Assembly (NCBI GenBank): GCA_013336225.1
Contig: JAAXUC010000001.1
Coordinates: 35,949-99,948, forward strand
Direction: 5' to 3'
DNA from: Candidatus Moraniibacteriota bacterium
Lineage (GTDB): Bacteria > Patescibacteriota > Minisyncoccia > Moranbacterales > GWC2-37-73
DNA: 64,000 nt
Shown: in pieces, positions 18,047-27,083 of the stretch
Position numbering within the stretch: position 1 is the stretch's first letter
Layout of the letters: each line of letters starts with the position of its first letter
The notes under the pieces: model-generated
Told to the model about the DNA's origin: nothing
The model's input: the letters and a program-made list of their open reading frames with translations, nothing else
The model's database searches: none
Position numbers and translations under genes: made by a program

Positions 18047-18156
18047 GTTCCATCTTTGTATCTAGATTTGCAAGCAAGCAGTCCTTCATGGGTTGCTTGT
18101 TTTGTTTTAATGTGGCAATATTAATAGGAAATTAATAAGCATTTAAGGTATTTTGT

Positions 18157-19584
18157 ATGAATAAAAAAACAAAAATAGTAGCAACTTTGGGCTTGGTTTC
18201 AGACAGTAAAGAAGTTTTGAAACAAATGATTGAAAATGGCATGAATGTGGCGCGCCTGAATTTTTCTCACGGCTCCCATGAATGGCATGGCAACATCATC
18301 AAAACTGTCAGGGAGTTGTCCAGTGAAATGGGAATTTCTGTGGGAATATTGGGCGATCTGCAAGGACCGCGCATCAGAACCTTGGTGGATGAGCCAGTGG
18401 AAATGAAAAATGGCGAAACAATTTTGTTTAGTGATGTGACTTACAAAGAAAATGTAATTTCTTCAGAATTAAAGTCCATCATTCTGGATGTTCCAAGTAT
18501 TGTCGATGACATTGAGATTGGCAATGAGATTTTAATCGAAGATGGTTTGATGAAAGTCGTGGTGAAAGAAAAAGAAAATGGAGTTTTGACCACTGAGGTT
18601 ATGGATGGGGGAATTGTCAAAAATCATAAAGGGGTGAATATTCCTGATGCAAAATTGAAAATCAGCCCAATCACTGAAAAAGATGAAAAAGATTTGAAAT
18701 TTCTTTTAGGCATGGATGTTGATTTCATCGCAATGTCTTTTGTGAGCAGTGGAAAAAATATTGAAGATTTGCGCGACATGATGAAAAAAATTCTTGGGCG
18801 CGAGGACAATCTTCCTCAGATTATTGCCAAGATAGAACGCAAGGAAGCTATCAAAAATTTGGATGACATTCTGCAGCACACTGACGCCGTGATGGTGGCG
18901 CGCGGAGACTTGGGAATCGAAATTGAAGGCACAAAAGTTGCGGTGCTGCAAAAAGAAATTGTGAAAAAAAGTTTGCAAGCCATGAAGCCGGTGATCGTGG
19001 CCACGCAAATGCTTGAATCCATGATTGTGAATCCACGCCCAACTCGCGCGGAAGTTTCTGATGTGACTAATGCAGTGGTTGATCATGCTGATGCCGTGAT
19101 GCTTTCCGGTGAAAGCGCTTCTGGAAAATATCCAGTGGAAAGTGTGCGCACCATGAAAGAGATCATTGAGAACACTGAGGCCTCACCATTTGATGATGTG
19201 AAGCATATACTTACGCTTAATGGAGAAGAAGATTTCAAAATGGTCATCAAGAGTGCTTATGAACTGGCTAAAAACAGCAATGCAAAAGCAGTGGTGCTTG
19301 GATCAGCCAGTGGTTTCACAGCGCGTTTGTTTTCTCATTTTCGTCCAGAGCAACCAATGTTGGTGGTGACGCATAATAAAAAAACATATCAGCAACTTGC
19401 CTTGGTTTGGGGCATTGAAGCTAAGTTATATGAAAGAGGTGAAGTTTTCCGTGAAGATATTGATTGGCTTATTGAAGATGCCAAGAAACAAAACATCATT
19501 GCAAAAGGTGATAAGGTTATTCTGATTTTGGGCAGAACTCCAGACGGAGAGCATATCAGGTTGATTGGAATCAAAGAAGTGTAA
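18157..19584 (+). CDS. pyk: Pyruvate kinase
   Basis: KIVATLG, ARLNFSHGSHEWH and the MVARGDLGIEI motif are all diagnostic. Length is 475 aa. Confidence 0.9.
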   Translation: MNKKTKIVATLGLVSDSKEVLKQMIENGMNVARLNFSHGSHEWHGNIIKTVRELSSEMGISVGILGDLQGPRIRTLVDEPVEMKNGETILFSDVTYKENVISSELKSIILDVPSIVDDIEIGNEILIEDGLMKVVVKEKENGVLTTEVMDGGIVKNHKGVNIPDAKLKISPITEKDEKDLKFLLGMDVDFIAMSFVSSGKNIEDLRDMMKKILGREDNLPQIIAKIERKEAIKNLDDILQHTDAVMVARGDLGIEIEGTKVAVLQKEIVKKSLQAMKPVIVATQMLESMIVNPRPTRAEVSDVTNAVVDHADAVMLSGESASGKYPVESVRTMKEIIENTEASPFDDVKHILTLNGEEDFKMVIKSAYELAKNSNAKAVVLGSASGFTARLFSHFRPEQPMLVVTHNKKTYQQLALVWGIEAKLYERGEVFREDIDWLIEDAKKQNIIAKGDKVILILGRTPDGEHIRLIGIKEV

Positions 19585-19661
19585 GGCAGCTTTTTAGGCT
19601 TTAGCTTATCAACTTCTTAGGAAATACAAAATATAAAATTAACATGACTATGTCATGTTCT

Positions 19662-19730
19662 GGAGGGGTCGCAGTGTGGGCCGAATGCGAAGAACATGAG
19701 CATTCGGCGGGTTTCAAAAGAAACCCTGGC
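19662..19730 (+). other. tRNA-Ser-like 5' fragment (acceptor 5' strand GGAGGGG plus D-arm-like region), followed by a GAGCATTC-containing hairpin
   Basis: GGAGGGGTCGCAGTGTGGGCCGA parallels the 5' end of the intact tRNA-Ser (GGAGAGGTCGCATAGTGGTCGAG). It is preceded by the palindrome AACATGACTATGTCATGTT at 19641-19659. Confidence 0.4.
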
Positions 19731-19823
19731 AAAAATTCAAAACATTTTTTTGCTTGAGGCTTTGCCGAGTTTTAAATGATTTGAATTTTTGAGTGCACCT
19801 TCATTGTTAATTAGTTTCAAAGC

Positions 19824-19910
19824 GGAGAGGTCGCATAGTGGTCGAGTGCACCACCTTGGAAAGGTGGCATACTGTCAAAGGTATCGGAGGTTCGAATCCT
19901 CTCCTCTCCG
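19824..19910 (+). tRNA. tRNA-Ser (anticodon GGA), long variable arm, no encoded CCA
   Basis: Manual fold: acceptor GGAGAGG/CCTCTCC, D-arm GCAT..GTGC, anticodon stem CCACC/GGTGG with loop TTGGAAA, variable arm CATACTGTCAAAGGTATC, and T-loop TTCGAAT. Confidence 0.85.
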
Positions 19911-19923
19911 CTTTGAAACTAAA

Positions 19924-20103
19924 AAGGTGGCATACTTTAAACGGTATCGGAGGCTGTAAATTATAAAGAGCAAATGATTTTGCTAATTATAATTTACAGC
20001 GCCAGAGCAATTTTTCGTCAGCAGACAAAAATGCGAGGCGGTGGCCAGACAAATTTTTGTGGCGACAAAAATTTAGTCGAGACCGAATCCTCTCCCCTCC
20101 GCC
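19924..20103 (+). pseudogene. tRNA-Ser 3' fragment spanning anticodon-loop 3' side, variable arm, T-arm and acceptor. It is interrupted in the T-loop by an insert of about 130 nt, and its acceptor strand CCCCTCC is complementary to the 5' fragment at 19662.
   Basis: AAAGGTGGCATACTTTAAACGGTATCGGAGG matches the intact tRNA at 28 of 31 positions. After the insert, the sequence resumes with GACCGAATCCTCTCCCCTCCGCC. Confidence 0.5.
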
Positions 20104-20120
20104 TTTAAAATTAAAAAATT

Positions 20121-20516
20121 ATGGATACATATAATTGGTATTCTCAATTGATAAAACCAACTTGGGCTCCACCTGCTTTTCTTTTTGGACCAGTTTGGAC
20201 AGTGCTATATATCTTAATTGCGATTTCATTTGGCAAAGTTTTTTGGATGACTTGGCAAAAGAAAATTGCATTTTCAGTGGCGCTTCCATTTTTGCTAAAC
20301 TTGTTTTTCAATTTTGCATTCACGCCAATTCAATTTGGACTCCAGAACAATCTGCTCGCTTCAATTGATATTCTCTTGGTGCTGGCAACTTTGATTTGGG
20401 CAATGATCGCAATTCATGTTCATTCCCGCTGGGTTGCCTATTTGCAAATCCCGTATTTAATTTGGGTTTCATTTGCAACAATTCTGCAACTAACCATCAC
20501 TTTTTTGAATAGATAA
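20121..20516 (+). CDS. tspO: TspO/MBR family tryptophan-rich sensory protein
   Basis: LIKPTWAPPAFLFGPVWTVLY is the TspO signature, followed by further TM helices. At 131 aa it is slightly short. Confidence 0.75.
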   Translation: MDTYNWYSQLIKPTWAPPAFLFGPVWTVLYILIAISFGKVFWMTWQKKIAFSVALPFLLNLFFNFAFTPIQFGLQNNLLASIDILLVLATLIWAMIAIHVHSRWVAYLQIPYLIWVSFATILQLTITFLNR

Positions 20517-20520
20517 AAAT

Positions 20521-20859
20521 ATGAGAGTTTGGGATATTGATCCAAAGAAATTGTGTCAGAAGCATTTAGTTGCTGAGCATCGAGAGTTGCATGGACTTTG
20601 GAATATTTTAACTAAGCATGGTGGCAAGGGTGGATATTCAAAACATCCAGAGACTTTGCGTTGGGTTGGAAAAAATCGAGCACTTTTTGAAAGGCATGAG
20701 ACATTGATAAGAGAATTTGTGATAAGAGGATATAAGCATCACACTCCATTAGACAAGAAACTCGCTACTGGTAAAAAAGTACAAGATTTTTTCATCAATA
20801 CCCAGGAGGAGCAGGAAATGCTGCTTAAAAACAAGGATTGCAAATGCCTGCTCGATTAA
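20521..20859 (+). CDS. Pyrimidine dimer DNA glycosylase (T4 endonuclease V/DenV-like), short form
   Basis: MRVWDIDPKKLCQKHLVAEHRELHGLW aligns with the T4 DenV N-terminus ([28 protein letters not shown]). Confidence 0.6.
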   Translation: MRVWDIDPKKLCQKHLVAEHRELHGLWNILTKHGGKGGYSKHPETLRWVGKNRALFERHETLIREFVIRGYKHHTPLDKKLATGKKVQDFFINTQEEQEMLLKNKDCKCLLD

Positions 20860-20897
20860 TTTGCCTTTTTAGCTAAAGTTCTTTAGTCTACATATAG

Positions 20898-22685
20898 ATG
20901 AATAATAATGTTGAGGAAATAAAAGGCCGACTCAATATCGTGGATATTGTCGGCGAATATGTGCGGCTCACGAAGGCTGGTTCTCATTGGAAGGGAATTT
21001 GCCCTTTTCATCATGAAAAGAGTCCCTCTTTCATGGTTAATGAAGAAAAGCAAATTTTTCATTGCTTTGGTTGTGCCAAAGGTGGCGACGTTTTTTCTTT
21101 TGTGCAGGAAATTGAAAGCATGGAATTTCGCGAAGTCCTGAAGATCTTGGCTGAAAAAGCAGGAGTGCAACTCGAAGAATATAAAGGAGGACAAGTTACT
21201 GACAACAAAAAAAGAATTATGGCAGCTTTGGAGTTGGCCACAAAATTCTATGAAACGCAGCTTTGGAAAGGTGATGGCAAGGAGAAAATCATGGCATACT
21301 TGCGCGAAAGAGGATTGAACGACGAAAGCATCCAGAATTTTCGTTTGGGCTATGCACCCAATGGTTGGGACAATATCAGTAAATTTTTACTGGGACGAGG
21401 TTTTACTTTGGATGAAATTGAAAAAACTGGATTGTTGGTCAAGAAGGAAAATAGCAGCAGCGTCTATGATCGTTTTCGCGATCGAATCATGTTTCCAATT
21501 ATGGATGTGATGGGAGGCGTGATTGGATATTCTGCGCGCGTGGCGCCAGGCGGCGATGAATCGCAAGCCAAATATGTGAACACTCCTGAAACGCTGGTCT
21601 ATCATAAAGGCAAAGCACTCTATGGGCTTTCACATGCCAAGACTGAAATAAAAAAGAAAAATTATGTTTTGTTGGTGGAGGGAAACATGGATGTGATTGC
21701 TTCAGTGCAAGCAGGCATTGCAAACACGGTGGCAGTTTCCGGCACGGCACTGACTGGCGATCAAATCACGATGCTAAAAAGATATACGGAAAACATTGCA
21801 ATGCTTTTTGACATGGACAGTGCTGGTCAAGCGGCGGCGCAGAAAAGTGCCGATCTTTGCTTGCAAAAAGGCGTGAATGTGAAAATTGTCACTCTGACTG
21901 ATGGGAAAGATGCGGCCGACGTGGTTGCTAAAGATCCAAATTTGCTTTTGGACGCTGTGAAGAAATCAGTGTTGGCGATGGAATATTTTTTCAGTGAAGC
22001 GCTGAAAAAATATGACAAAAAAACTGCCGAAGGAAAACAACACATTGCCAAAGAAGTTTTGGCACATGTGGCCAACATTGAAAGTCAAATTGAGAAAGCG
22101 CATTGGGTGAAAAAAATCGCACACGAAGTCGATGTGGAAGAAAAAGTCATCGGTGATGTATTAAAAACCATTGCACCTGGATCAGATAGGCAGGAGCAAA
22201 AAACTCCCTTGGTCATTGAGGAATCAAGTTCGTTTCAAAAACGCAGTGAAGTCATCAGAAATTCATTGGTGGGATTGATTTTAAGCAATGCAAAAATTTG
22301 GAAAGAAATTTTTGAAAATCAGGAAACAGGTGAATGGTCAAAAAATGATTCCTTGCTGCAATTTGTTTTGAACAATGGAGCGACAGCTGATTTTTCTTTT
22401 GATAAATTATTGGCAAATATCGACGATCAGCGTGCTATAGAACACCTCAGAAAGATCTATTTCAATGCTAAATATCTGTTTACACAGGAAGGCATCGTGG
22501 AATATTCAGAAGATGAATTGCGGGACTTGGTAGCTAGTTATGTGGCTCAATATGTGAAAGAATTGCAAAAAGAAAAATTGCATGCTATCATCAAGCAAAT
22601 CGAGAATGCTGAACAAAAAGGGGATAAAGAGACCCTCGCCAAACTCATGAGCGAGTTCACAAAGCTTTCTCAAGAAATGCAGTAA
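20898..22685 (+). CDS. dnaG: DNA primase DnaG
   Basis: A CHC2 zinc finger (CPFHHEKSPSF...HCFGCAKGGDVFSFV) and a Toprim domain (LLVEGNMDVIA) are present. dnaG-rpoD synteny supports the call. Confidence 0.9.
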   Translation: MNNNVEEIKGRLNIVDIVGEYVRLTKAGSHWKGICPFHHEKSPSFMVNEEKQIFHCFGCAKGGDVFSFVQEIESMEFREVLKILAEKAGVQLEEYKGGQVTDNKKRIMAALELATKFYETQLWKGDGKEKIMAYLRERGLNDESIQNFRLGYAPNGWDNISKFLLGRGFTLDEIEKTGLLVKKENSSSVYDRFRDRIMFPIMDVMGGVIGYSARVAPGGDESQAKYVNTPETLVYHKGKALYGLSHAKTEIKKKNYVLLVEGNMDVIASVQAGIANTVAVSGTALTGDQITMLKRYTENIAMLFDMDSAGQAAAQKSADLCLQKGVNVKIVTLTDGKDAADVVAKDPNLLLDAVKKSVLAMEYFFSEALKKYDKKTAEGKQHIAKEVLAHVANIESQIEKAHWVKKIAHEVDVEEKVIGDVLKTIAPGSDRQEQKTPLVIEESSSFQKRSEVIRNSLVGLILSNAKIWKEIFENQETGEWSKNDSLLQFVLNNGATADFSFDKLLANIDDQRAIEHLRKIYFNAKYLFTQEGIVEYSEDELRDLVASYVAQYVKELQKEKLHAIIKQIENAEQKGDKETLAKLMSEFTKLSQEMQ

Positions 22686-22827
22686 GAAAACAATGACTGG
22701 GAAGACCCGGTTTTTGGTGTTTACGTGTGAATATTGGTTATGAGGCTAAAACAAAAAAATAATTTTTTTTACTTCAATATAACAAATTCGCAGTGGCCAC
22801 TGGCCATTTGAATTTCTACTACAGGGT

Positions 22828-24381
22828 ATGAAGAAAATGCAAAAGGGCGTTTCTCAATCGAAAGTGAAAGCTCGGAAGCTGAAAGCTCCCGCTGGCAAGG
22901 TTGTTTCAAAGACAATTGCCAAAAAAACTTCAAGCAAAAAAGTTGTCGCAAAGCCCGTCAAAAAGGGTAAGATTATTGCAGCTAAAACAAAGAAGGCCGC
23001 TGTAAAGTTGAAAAAAGTCGTTAAAGTTATTAAATCAAAAAAAATCGTGCAGAAAAAAAATCAGAAAATTCAGAAGAAAGCTGTTGCAAAGAAAGTTGTT
23101 GCAATCAAAAAGTCGCCAGTAAAAAAGGTGGCTGCTGCGAAAGCATTGCCAATCGTCAAAAAAGCAGCACCTAAAAAGGTGGTTGCAAAAGTGGCAGTTG
23201 CAGCGCCGAAGAAAAAGATTGCAAAAGTTGTCGTTGCTCCAAAGAAAAAAGTGACCGTGATTGAAAATGAAGACGGAGTCAAAAGCAAGAGTCAGATTAT
23301 TGCTGAGCTTATTGCGCGTGGAAAACAACGTGGTTTCGTGACAGAAGATGAAATCATTCATCTTATTCCAGAAGTTGAAGATGAATTGGATGAGCTTGAA
23401 AACTTGTATGAACAATTGGAAACAGCCGGAGTCAAAGTTGTTGTTTCTGATGATATGCTCAAGATTGATTCTGACAAAGAAGCTGAAATTTTTGAAAAAA
23501 GCAAAAAAGATAAGAATGCTGATTCCAATTTGATGGATGGAATTGAAGACAGCTCTTCTGATTTGGTGCAGATGTATTTGCGAGAAATTGGACGTGTGCC
23601 ACTGCTCAAATCCGAAGAAGAAATCAAACTTGCCAAAGCCAATGAAAAAGGGGATTTGGCAGCAAAACAGAAATTGACTGAAGCAAATCTTCGTTTGGTG
23701 GTAAGTATCGCCAAGAAATATGTGGGACGTTCACACAATCTTTCCTTGCTCGACTTGATTCAGGAAGGAAACATTGGACTTTTTCGCGCCGTGGAAAAAT
23801 TTGATTATCGCAAAGGTTTCAAATTTTCAACCTATGCAACTTGGTGGATTCGTCAAGCAATCACTCGCGCATTGGCCGATCAATCCCGCACAATTCGCAT
23901 TCCAGTGCACATGGTGGAAACAATCAATAAATATACGCAGATCACTCGAAGATTGGTGCAGGAATTGGGACGTGAACCTTTGCCTGAAGAAATTGCAGCT
24001 GAAATGAATTTGGAAGTCGACAAAATTCGTCACATCCAAAAGATTTCTCAAGAAACAGTTTCATTGGAAACTTCAGTGGGAGATTCTGATGATGACAGCG
24101 TGTTGGGAGATTTCATTGAAGACACTGAAACAGTGATGCCTCACCAAGTAGCTTCACGCAAACTGCTTAAAAATCATGTGGGCGAGGTTCTGAGAGAGTT
24201 GACACCACGTGAACAAAAGATTCTTAAAATTCGTTTTGGTCTTGAAGATGGAGTGACTCACACTTTGGAGGAGGTTGGAAAAGAATTTGGGGTGACGCGC
24301 GAACGTATTCGTCAGATTGAAGCCAAGGCTTTGGATAAGATTCGTCAGCATAAATCAATTGGAAAACTTAAGGATTACTAG
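22828..24381 (+). CDS. rpoD: RNA polymerase sigma-70 factor RpoD with a lysine/alanine/valine-rich histone-H1-like N-terminal tail of about 150 aa
   Basis: Sigma regions are recognisable: region 2 ([12 protein letters not shown]) and region 4 ([24 protein letters not shown]). The N-terminus is a low-complexity KKVVAK/AKK stretch. Confidence 0.9.
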   Translation: MKKMQKGVSQSKVKARKLKAPAGKVVSKTIAKKTSSKKVVAKPVKKGKIIAAKTKKAAVKLKKVVKVIKSKKIVQKKNQKIQKKAVAKKVVAIKKSPVKKVAAAKALPIVKKAAPKKVVAKVAVAAPKKKIAKVVVAPKKKVTVIENEDGVKSKSQIIAELIARGKQRGFVTEDEIIHLIPEVEDELDELENLYEQLETAGVKVVVSDDMLKIDSDKEAEIFEKSKKDKNADSNLMDGIEDSSSDLVQMYLREIGRVPLLKSEEEIKLAKANEKGDLAAKQKLTEANLRLVVSIAKKYVGRSHNLSLLDLIQEGNIGLFRAVEKFDYRKGFKFSTYATWWIRQAITRALADQSRTIRIPVHMVETINKYTQITRRLVQELGREPLPEEIAAEMNLEVDKIRHIQKISQETVSLETSVGDSDDDSVLGDFIEDTETVMPHQVASRKLLKNHVGEVLRELTPREQKILKIRFGLEDGVTHTLEEVGKEFGVTRERIRQIEAKALDKIRQHKSIGKLKDY

Positions 24382-24404
24382 GGAAATATACTTTATTCTG
24401 CAAT

Positions 24405-24430
24405 TAAGCCTCCGAAAGGAGGCTTTTTGC
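24405..24430 (+). terminator. Rho-independent terminator after rpoD
   Basis: AAGCCTCCGAAAGGAGGCTTTTTGC forms a GC stem followed by a T-run. Confidence 0.7.
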
Positions 24431-24435
24431 TACTC

Positions 24436-24464
24436 TTGCCAGATTTTTTTTTATTTGCTATACT
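24436..24464 (+). promoter_or_regulatory. Sigma-70-type promoter for tRNA-Asn (TTGCCA, 17 nt, TATACT)
   Basis: The hexamers and 17-nt spacer were read directly. It lies about 40 nt upstream of the tRNA. Confidence 0.45.
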
Positions 24465-24505
24465 AATTTTGTTGCTTGAAAGAGCAATTTTTGACAACTA
24501 AATAT

Positions 24506-24577
24506 TCCGCGATAGCTCAATGGTAGAGCAATTGACTGTTAATCAATGGGTTCTAGGTTCGAATCCTAGTCGCGGAG
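24506..24577 (+). tRNA. tRNA-Asn (anticodon GTT)
   Basis: Acceptor TCCGCGA/TCGCGGA, anticodon loop CTGTTAA, T-loop TTCGAAT. Confidence 0.85.
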
Positions 24578-24621
24578 CACCTTTCTAAATGGCTTTTATA
24601 AGCCATTTTTTGGTGTTTGCT

Positions 24622-24650
24622 CTTGACACGATTTAATTTTATTGCTAGAA
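24622..24650 (+). promoter_or_regulatory. Near-consensus sigma-70 promoter (TTGACA, 17 nt, TAGAAT)
   Basis: A perfect -35 and a good -10 with 17-nt spacing, about 55 nt upstream of the ORF at 24706. That ORF has a strong RBS (GAGGAGGAAGT). Confidence 0.5.
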
Positions 24651-24705
24651 TACGAAGTCCTGAATTTAGGCAAGAAGTTCATATCACACACGAGGAGGAA
24701 GTATC

Positions 24706-25011
24706 ATGGCAACGTATAAAAACATCTTTTGGCGTCCTGACATGCAACCCAACGAGAAAGGTGAATTATTTGCCAACGTTCATTTACTGATTGGATACAA
24801 TCAGGGGAGCGTAAACGATTTTCGCAAAATGGCAGACATGATCAGGGAAACTTTTCCACAAGCAACTGATGATGAAATCTGCGGCGGTAAGGTGATCAAG
24901 TCTACATATTGCCAAGGATTTACAATTGTCACGTGGAATGCACACATTCCCAAAGGAGAATACCCTGGTTGGAGACAAATCGACAATGGTCGAATGGACT
25001 ACAACTGGTAA
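24706..25011 (+). CDS. Hypothetical small protein (101 aa)
   Basis: A strong RBS, a near-consensus promoter and a downstream terminator-like hairpin frame this ORF. No recognisable motifs. Confidence 0.55.
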   Translation: MATYKNIFWRPDMQPNEKGELFANVHLLIGYNQGSVNDFRKMADMIRETFPQATDDEICGGKVIKSTYCQGFTIVTWNAHIPKGEYPGWRQIDNGRMDYNW

Positions 25012-25364
25012 TAACCCATCAATCGAAACAGAGACTCTCTGCTTCGGTGGTGGGTTTTCTGTTTTTATGCCAAATTAAGTTCAAATTCTTTAAATATCTT
25101 TTGAAATTTATCCCAGTCAAAAGTTCTAAGTTTGTTCAGTAGAGGGAGCACAAAGCAAAAAACATCCAATAGGGTGTTTTTTTGCTTTTTAATTTCCGAG
25201 TGACCAGGTCAAGGAGTTCATGCTCAGGCGCTAATTGAATGGGCAAAGATCATGTGATAATGCAAAATGGTACTGAGAGTTTTGCCAACCAAAATTAATT
25301 CAAGAAGTTGTGTTATAATGTTAATATAAATTTGATTCTAAGAAAAAAATAAAAAACTTTTTGT

Positions 25365-26111
25365 ATGTTCAAAAAAATAGATAAACAAGATTGGCTCCAT
25401 TGCTCTTTGATATTGGTTGTTGCTGTCATGGGAACTGCTTATGCCGTGTATTTGGGTTTTTCTGCTCATGAGAATAGCAAAGAAAACTTGCTTACCAGAG
25501 CCAACACGATTGCGCAGTTTGTGACCGCAAAGGATATTGCCTTGCTGCATGGATCAGAGGATGACTTGAATAATCCGGCTTACCTCAGACTCAAGAATAG
25601 ATTGATGTCACTTCAAGCCGTGAATCCAGACATGCGATTCATCTATCTCAATGGAATGAAAGATGGAAGCATGTTTTTCTATGCTGATTCTGAAAGTGCT
25701 GATTCATCTGAGTATTCCAATCCAGGGCAGCAATATAGTGAAGCTTCTGATTTAATGAAGCACTTGTTTCAAGAAAAAACAAGTGGATTTGAGATTGCAG
25801 GTGATCGCTGGGGAATGTGGGCTTCAGCCATGATTCCAATTATTGATAAGGAGAGTGGAAATATTGTGGCGCTGCTAGGTGTGGATGTCGCAGCCAAGAA
25901 ATATCTGACTGACATTTTGATATATTGTTTGTCGGCGCTGCTGTTCACTGCCTTGGTCATATTGTTGCTGATTTGGCAGAAGCGGGCGGCAAGATATGTG
26001 TATTTGACAGAAGGAAGTCTGAAAGCAAATAATTTGGAGGTCATGAATTTGATGAAAATCATCAAAGAAAAAGAGCAAAAAATAGAAGAGATCAGAAAGG
26101 GTGTATCCTGA
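25365..26111 (+). CDS. Membrane protein with an extracytoplasmic sensor-like (Cache/PDC-like) domain between two TM helices and no output domain
   Basis: Topology is TM, then about 170 aa extracytoplasmic, then TM, then a short coiled C-terminus. The domain assignment is tentative. Confidence 0.4.
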   Translation: MFKKIDKQDWLHCSLILVVAVMGTAYAVYLGFSAHENSKENLLTRANTIAQFVTAKDIALLHGSEDDLNNPAYLRLKNRLMSLQAVNPDMRFIYLNGMKDGSMFFYADSESADSSEYSNPGQQYSEASDLMKHLFQEKTSGFEIAGDRWGMWASAMIPIIDKESGNIVALLGVDVAAKKYLTDILIYCLSALLFTALVILLLIWQKRAARYVYLTEGSLKANNLEVMNLMKIIKEKEQKIEEIRKGVS

Positions 26112-26168
26112 ATGAATGTTTGCTGACAAGCAAATTCATCCGTATCATGGGACAATAAAATTGAATTG

Positions 26169-26212
26169 ACTCATCACGCAAGACAGAAACTTTCTGGGTG
26201 ATGAGTTTTTTT
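26169..26212 (+). terminator. Rho-independent terminator
   Basis: ACTCATCAC...GTGATGAGT forms a stem followed by TTTTTTTC. Confidence 0.55.
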
Positions 26213-26309
26213 CTTGAACATTAAATTTGAAATTTGAGAAGTCTAAATTCTAAATGAGGCTGCAGAAAATATAAATTATGGTATACTGAAGAAGAATTCA
26301 AATACAAAA

Positions 26310-26984
26310 ATGATCAATAAAAAAGTGGAATCAGAAATAGCGATCGGTTTAATTGTAATCATAGCCTTGATTATGGGAAGTTTAATTTGGATGAAAAATA
26401 CGAATCGATATGCTTCATCAGCTGATGTGCGGGACAAAGCTGAAGTTGGCGCAACTGATAGTGTGGTTTTTATTGGTGACAGCATCACTGCGATTGAAAA
26501 CTGGAATGCTCTGCTTGGAACGTCTTATGTGGCAAATGCTGGGATTTCAGGCAACACTACCGATGATGTTATTGCCAGGCTGGACAGGGCCATAGTTTAT
26601 AAGCCAAAGAAAATATTTTTAATGATAGGAGTCAATGATTTTCTGCGTGGCAGAGATGTTGCTCACGTTTTGGCTAACTATGAAATAATTCTGAATAGTA
26701 TCAGGAAGCAATCTCCGGACACTGTGATATATATTGAAAGTGTACTGCCAATCAATAATGATCTTTCAAAAATAGGAACCATTGATAGCCAAAAAATCAT
26801 CACCTTGAACCGGCAATTGAAAAAATTCATTGATGGAAAGAAAATATTATTCATAGACCTGTATCCATCTTTTTGTGGCGATGACAGTAAGTTATACAGA
26901 AAGTATACCGTTGATGGGGTGCATTTAAGCGCCGCTGGATATGGTGTTTGGAAAAATGCCATCTATCAATATGTGAAATTCTAG
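26310..26984 (+). CDS. SGNH/GDSL hydrolase family protein
   Basis: An N-terminal anchor is followed by the GDS motif (VVFIGDSITA), the GVND block, and D-x-x-H (DGVHLS). Confidence 0.75.
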   Translation: MINKKVESEIAIGLIVIIALIMGSLIWMKNTNRYASSADVRDKAEVGATDSVVFIGDSITAIENWNALLGTSYVANAGISGNTTDDVIARLDRAIVYKPKKIFLMIGVNDFLRGRDVAHVLANYEIILNSIRKQSPDTVIYIESVLPINNDLSKIGTIDSQKIITLNRQLKKFIDGKKILFIDLYPSFCGDDSKLYRKYTVDGVHLSAAGYGVWKNAIYQYVKF

Positions 26985-27083
26985 CGCCATGGCTTGCATA
27001 ACCGATGTTTGTTACGGTACAATGCATGCTGGCGTAAGTTTCCTTAAAGCAAGGCAGCATTTTTATGATTAAATTTAGATAAT

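Noticed and set aside
19662-20103. Possibility that the whole region is a tmRNA (ssrA), given the complementary GGAGGGG...CCCCTCC ends and a T-arm-like 3' end
   Set aside because: No tag-peptide reading frame ending in the usual Ala-Ala-stop is visible. The internal sequence is a complete canonical tRNA-Ser(GGA), which tmRNAs do not contain. The acceptor lacks the G3-U70 alanine identity pair.
23035-23415. A minus-strand ORF of 126 aa and other antisense ORFs within the rpoD N-terminal region
   Set aside because: They are antisense to the lysine-rich low-complexity coding repeat of rpoD. They are composition-driven artefacts.
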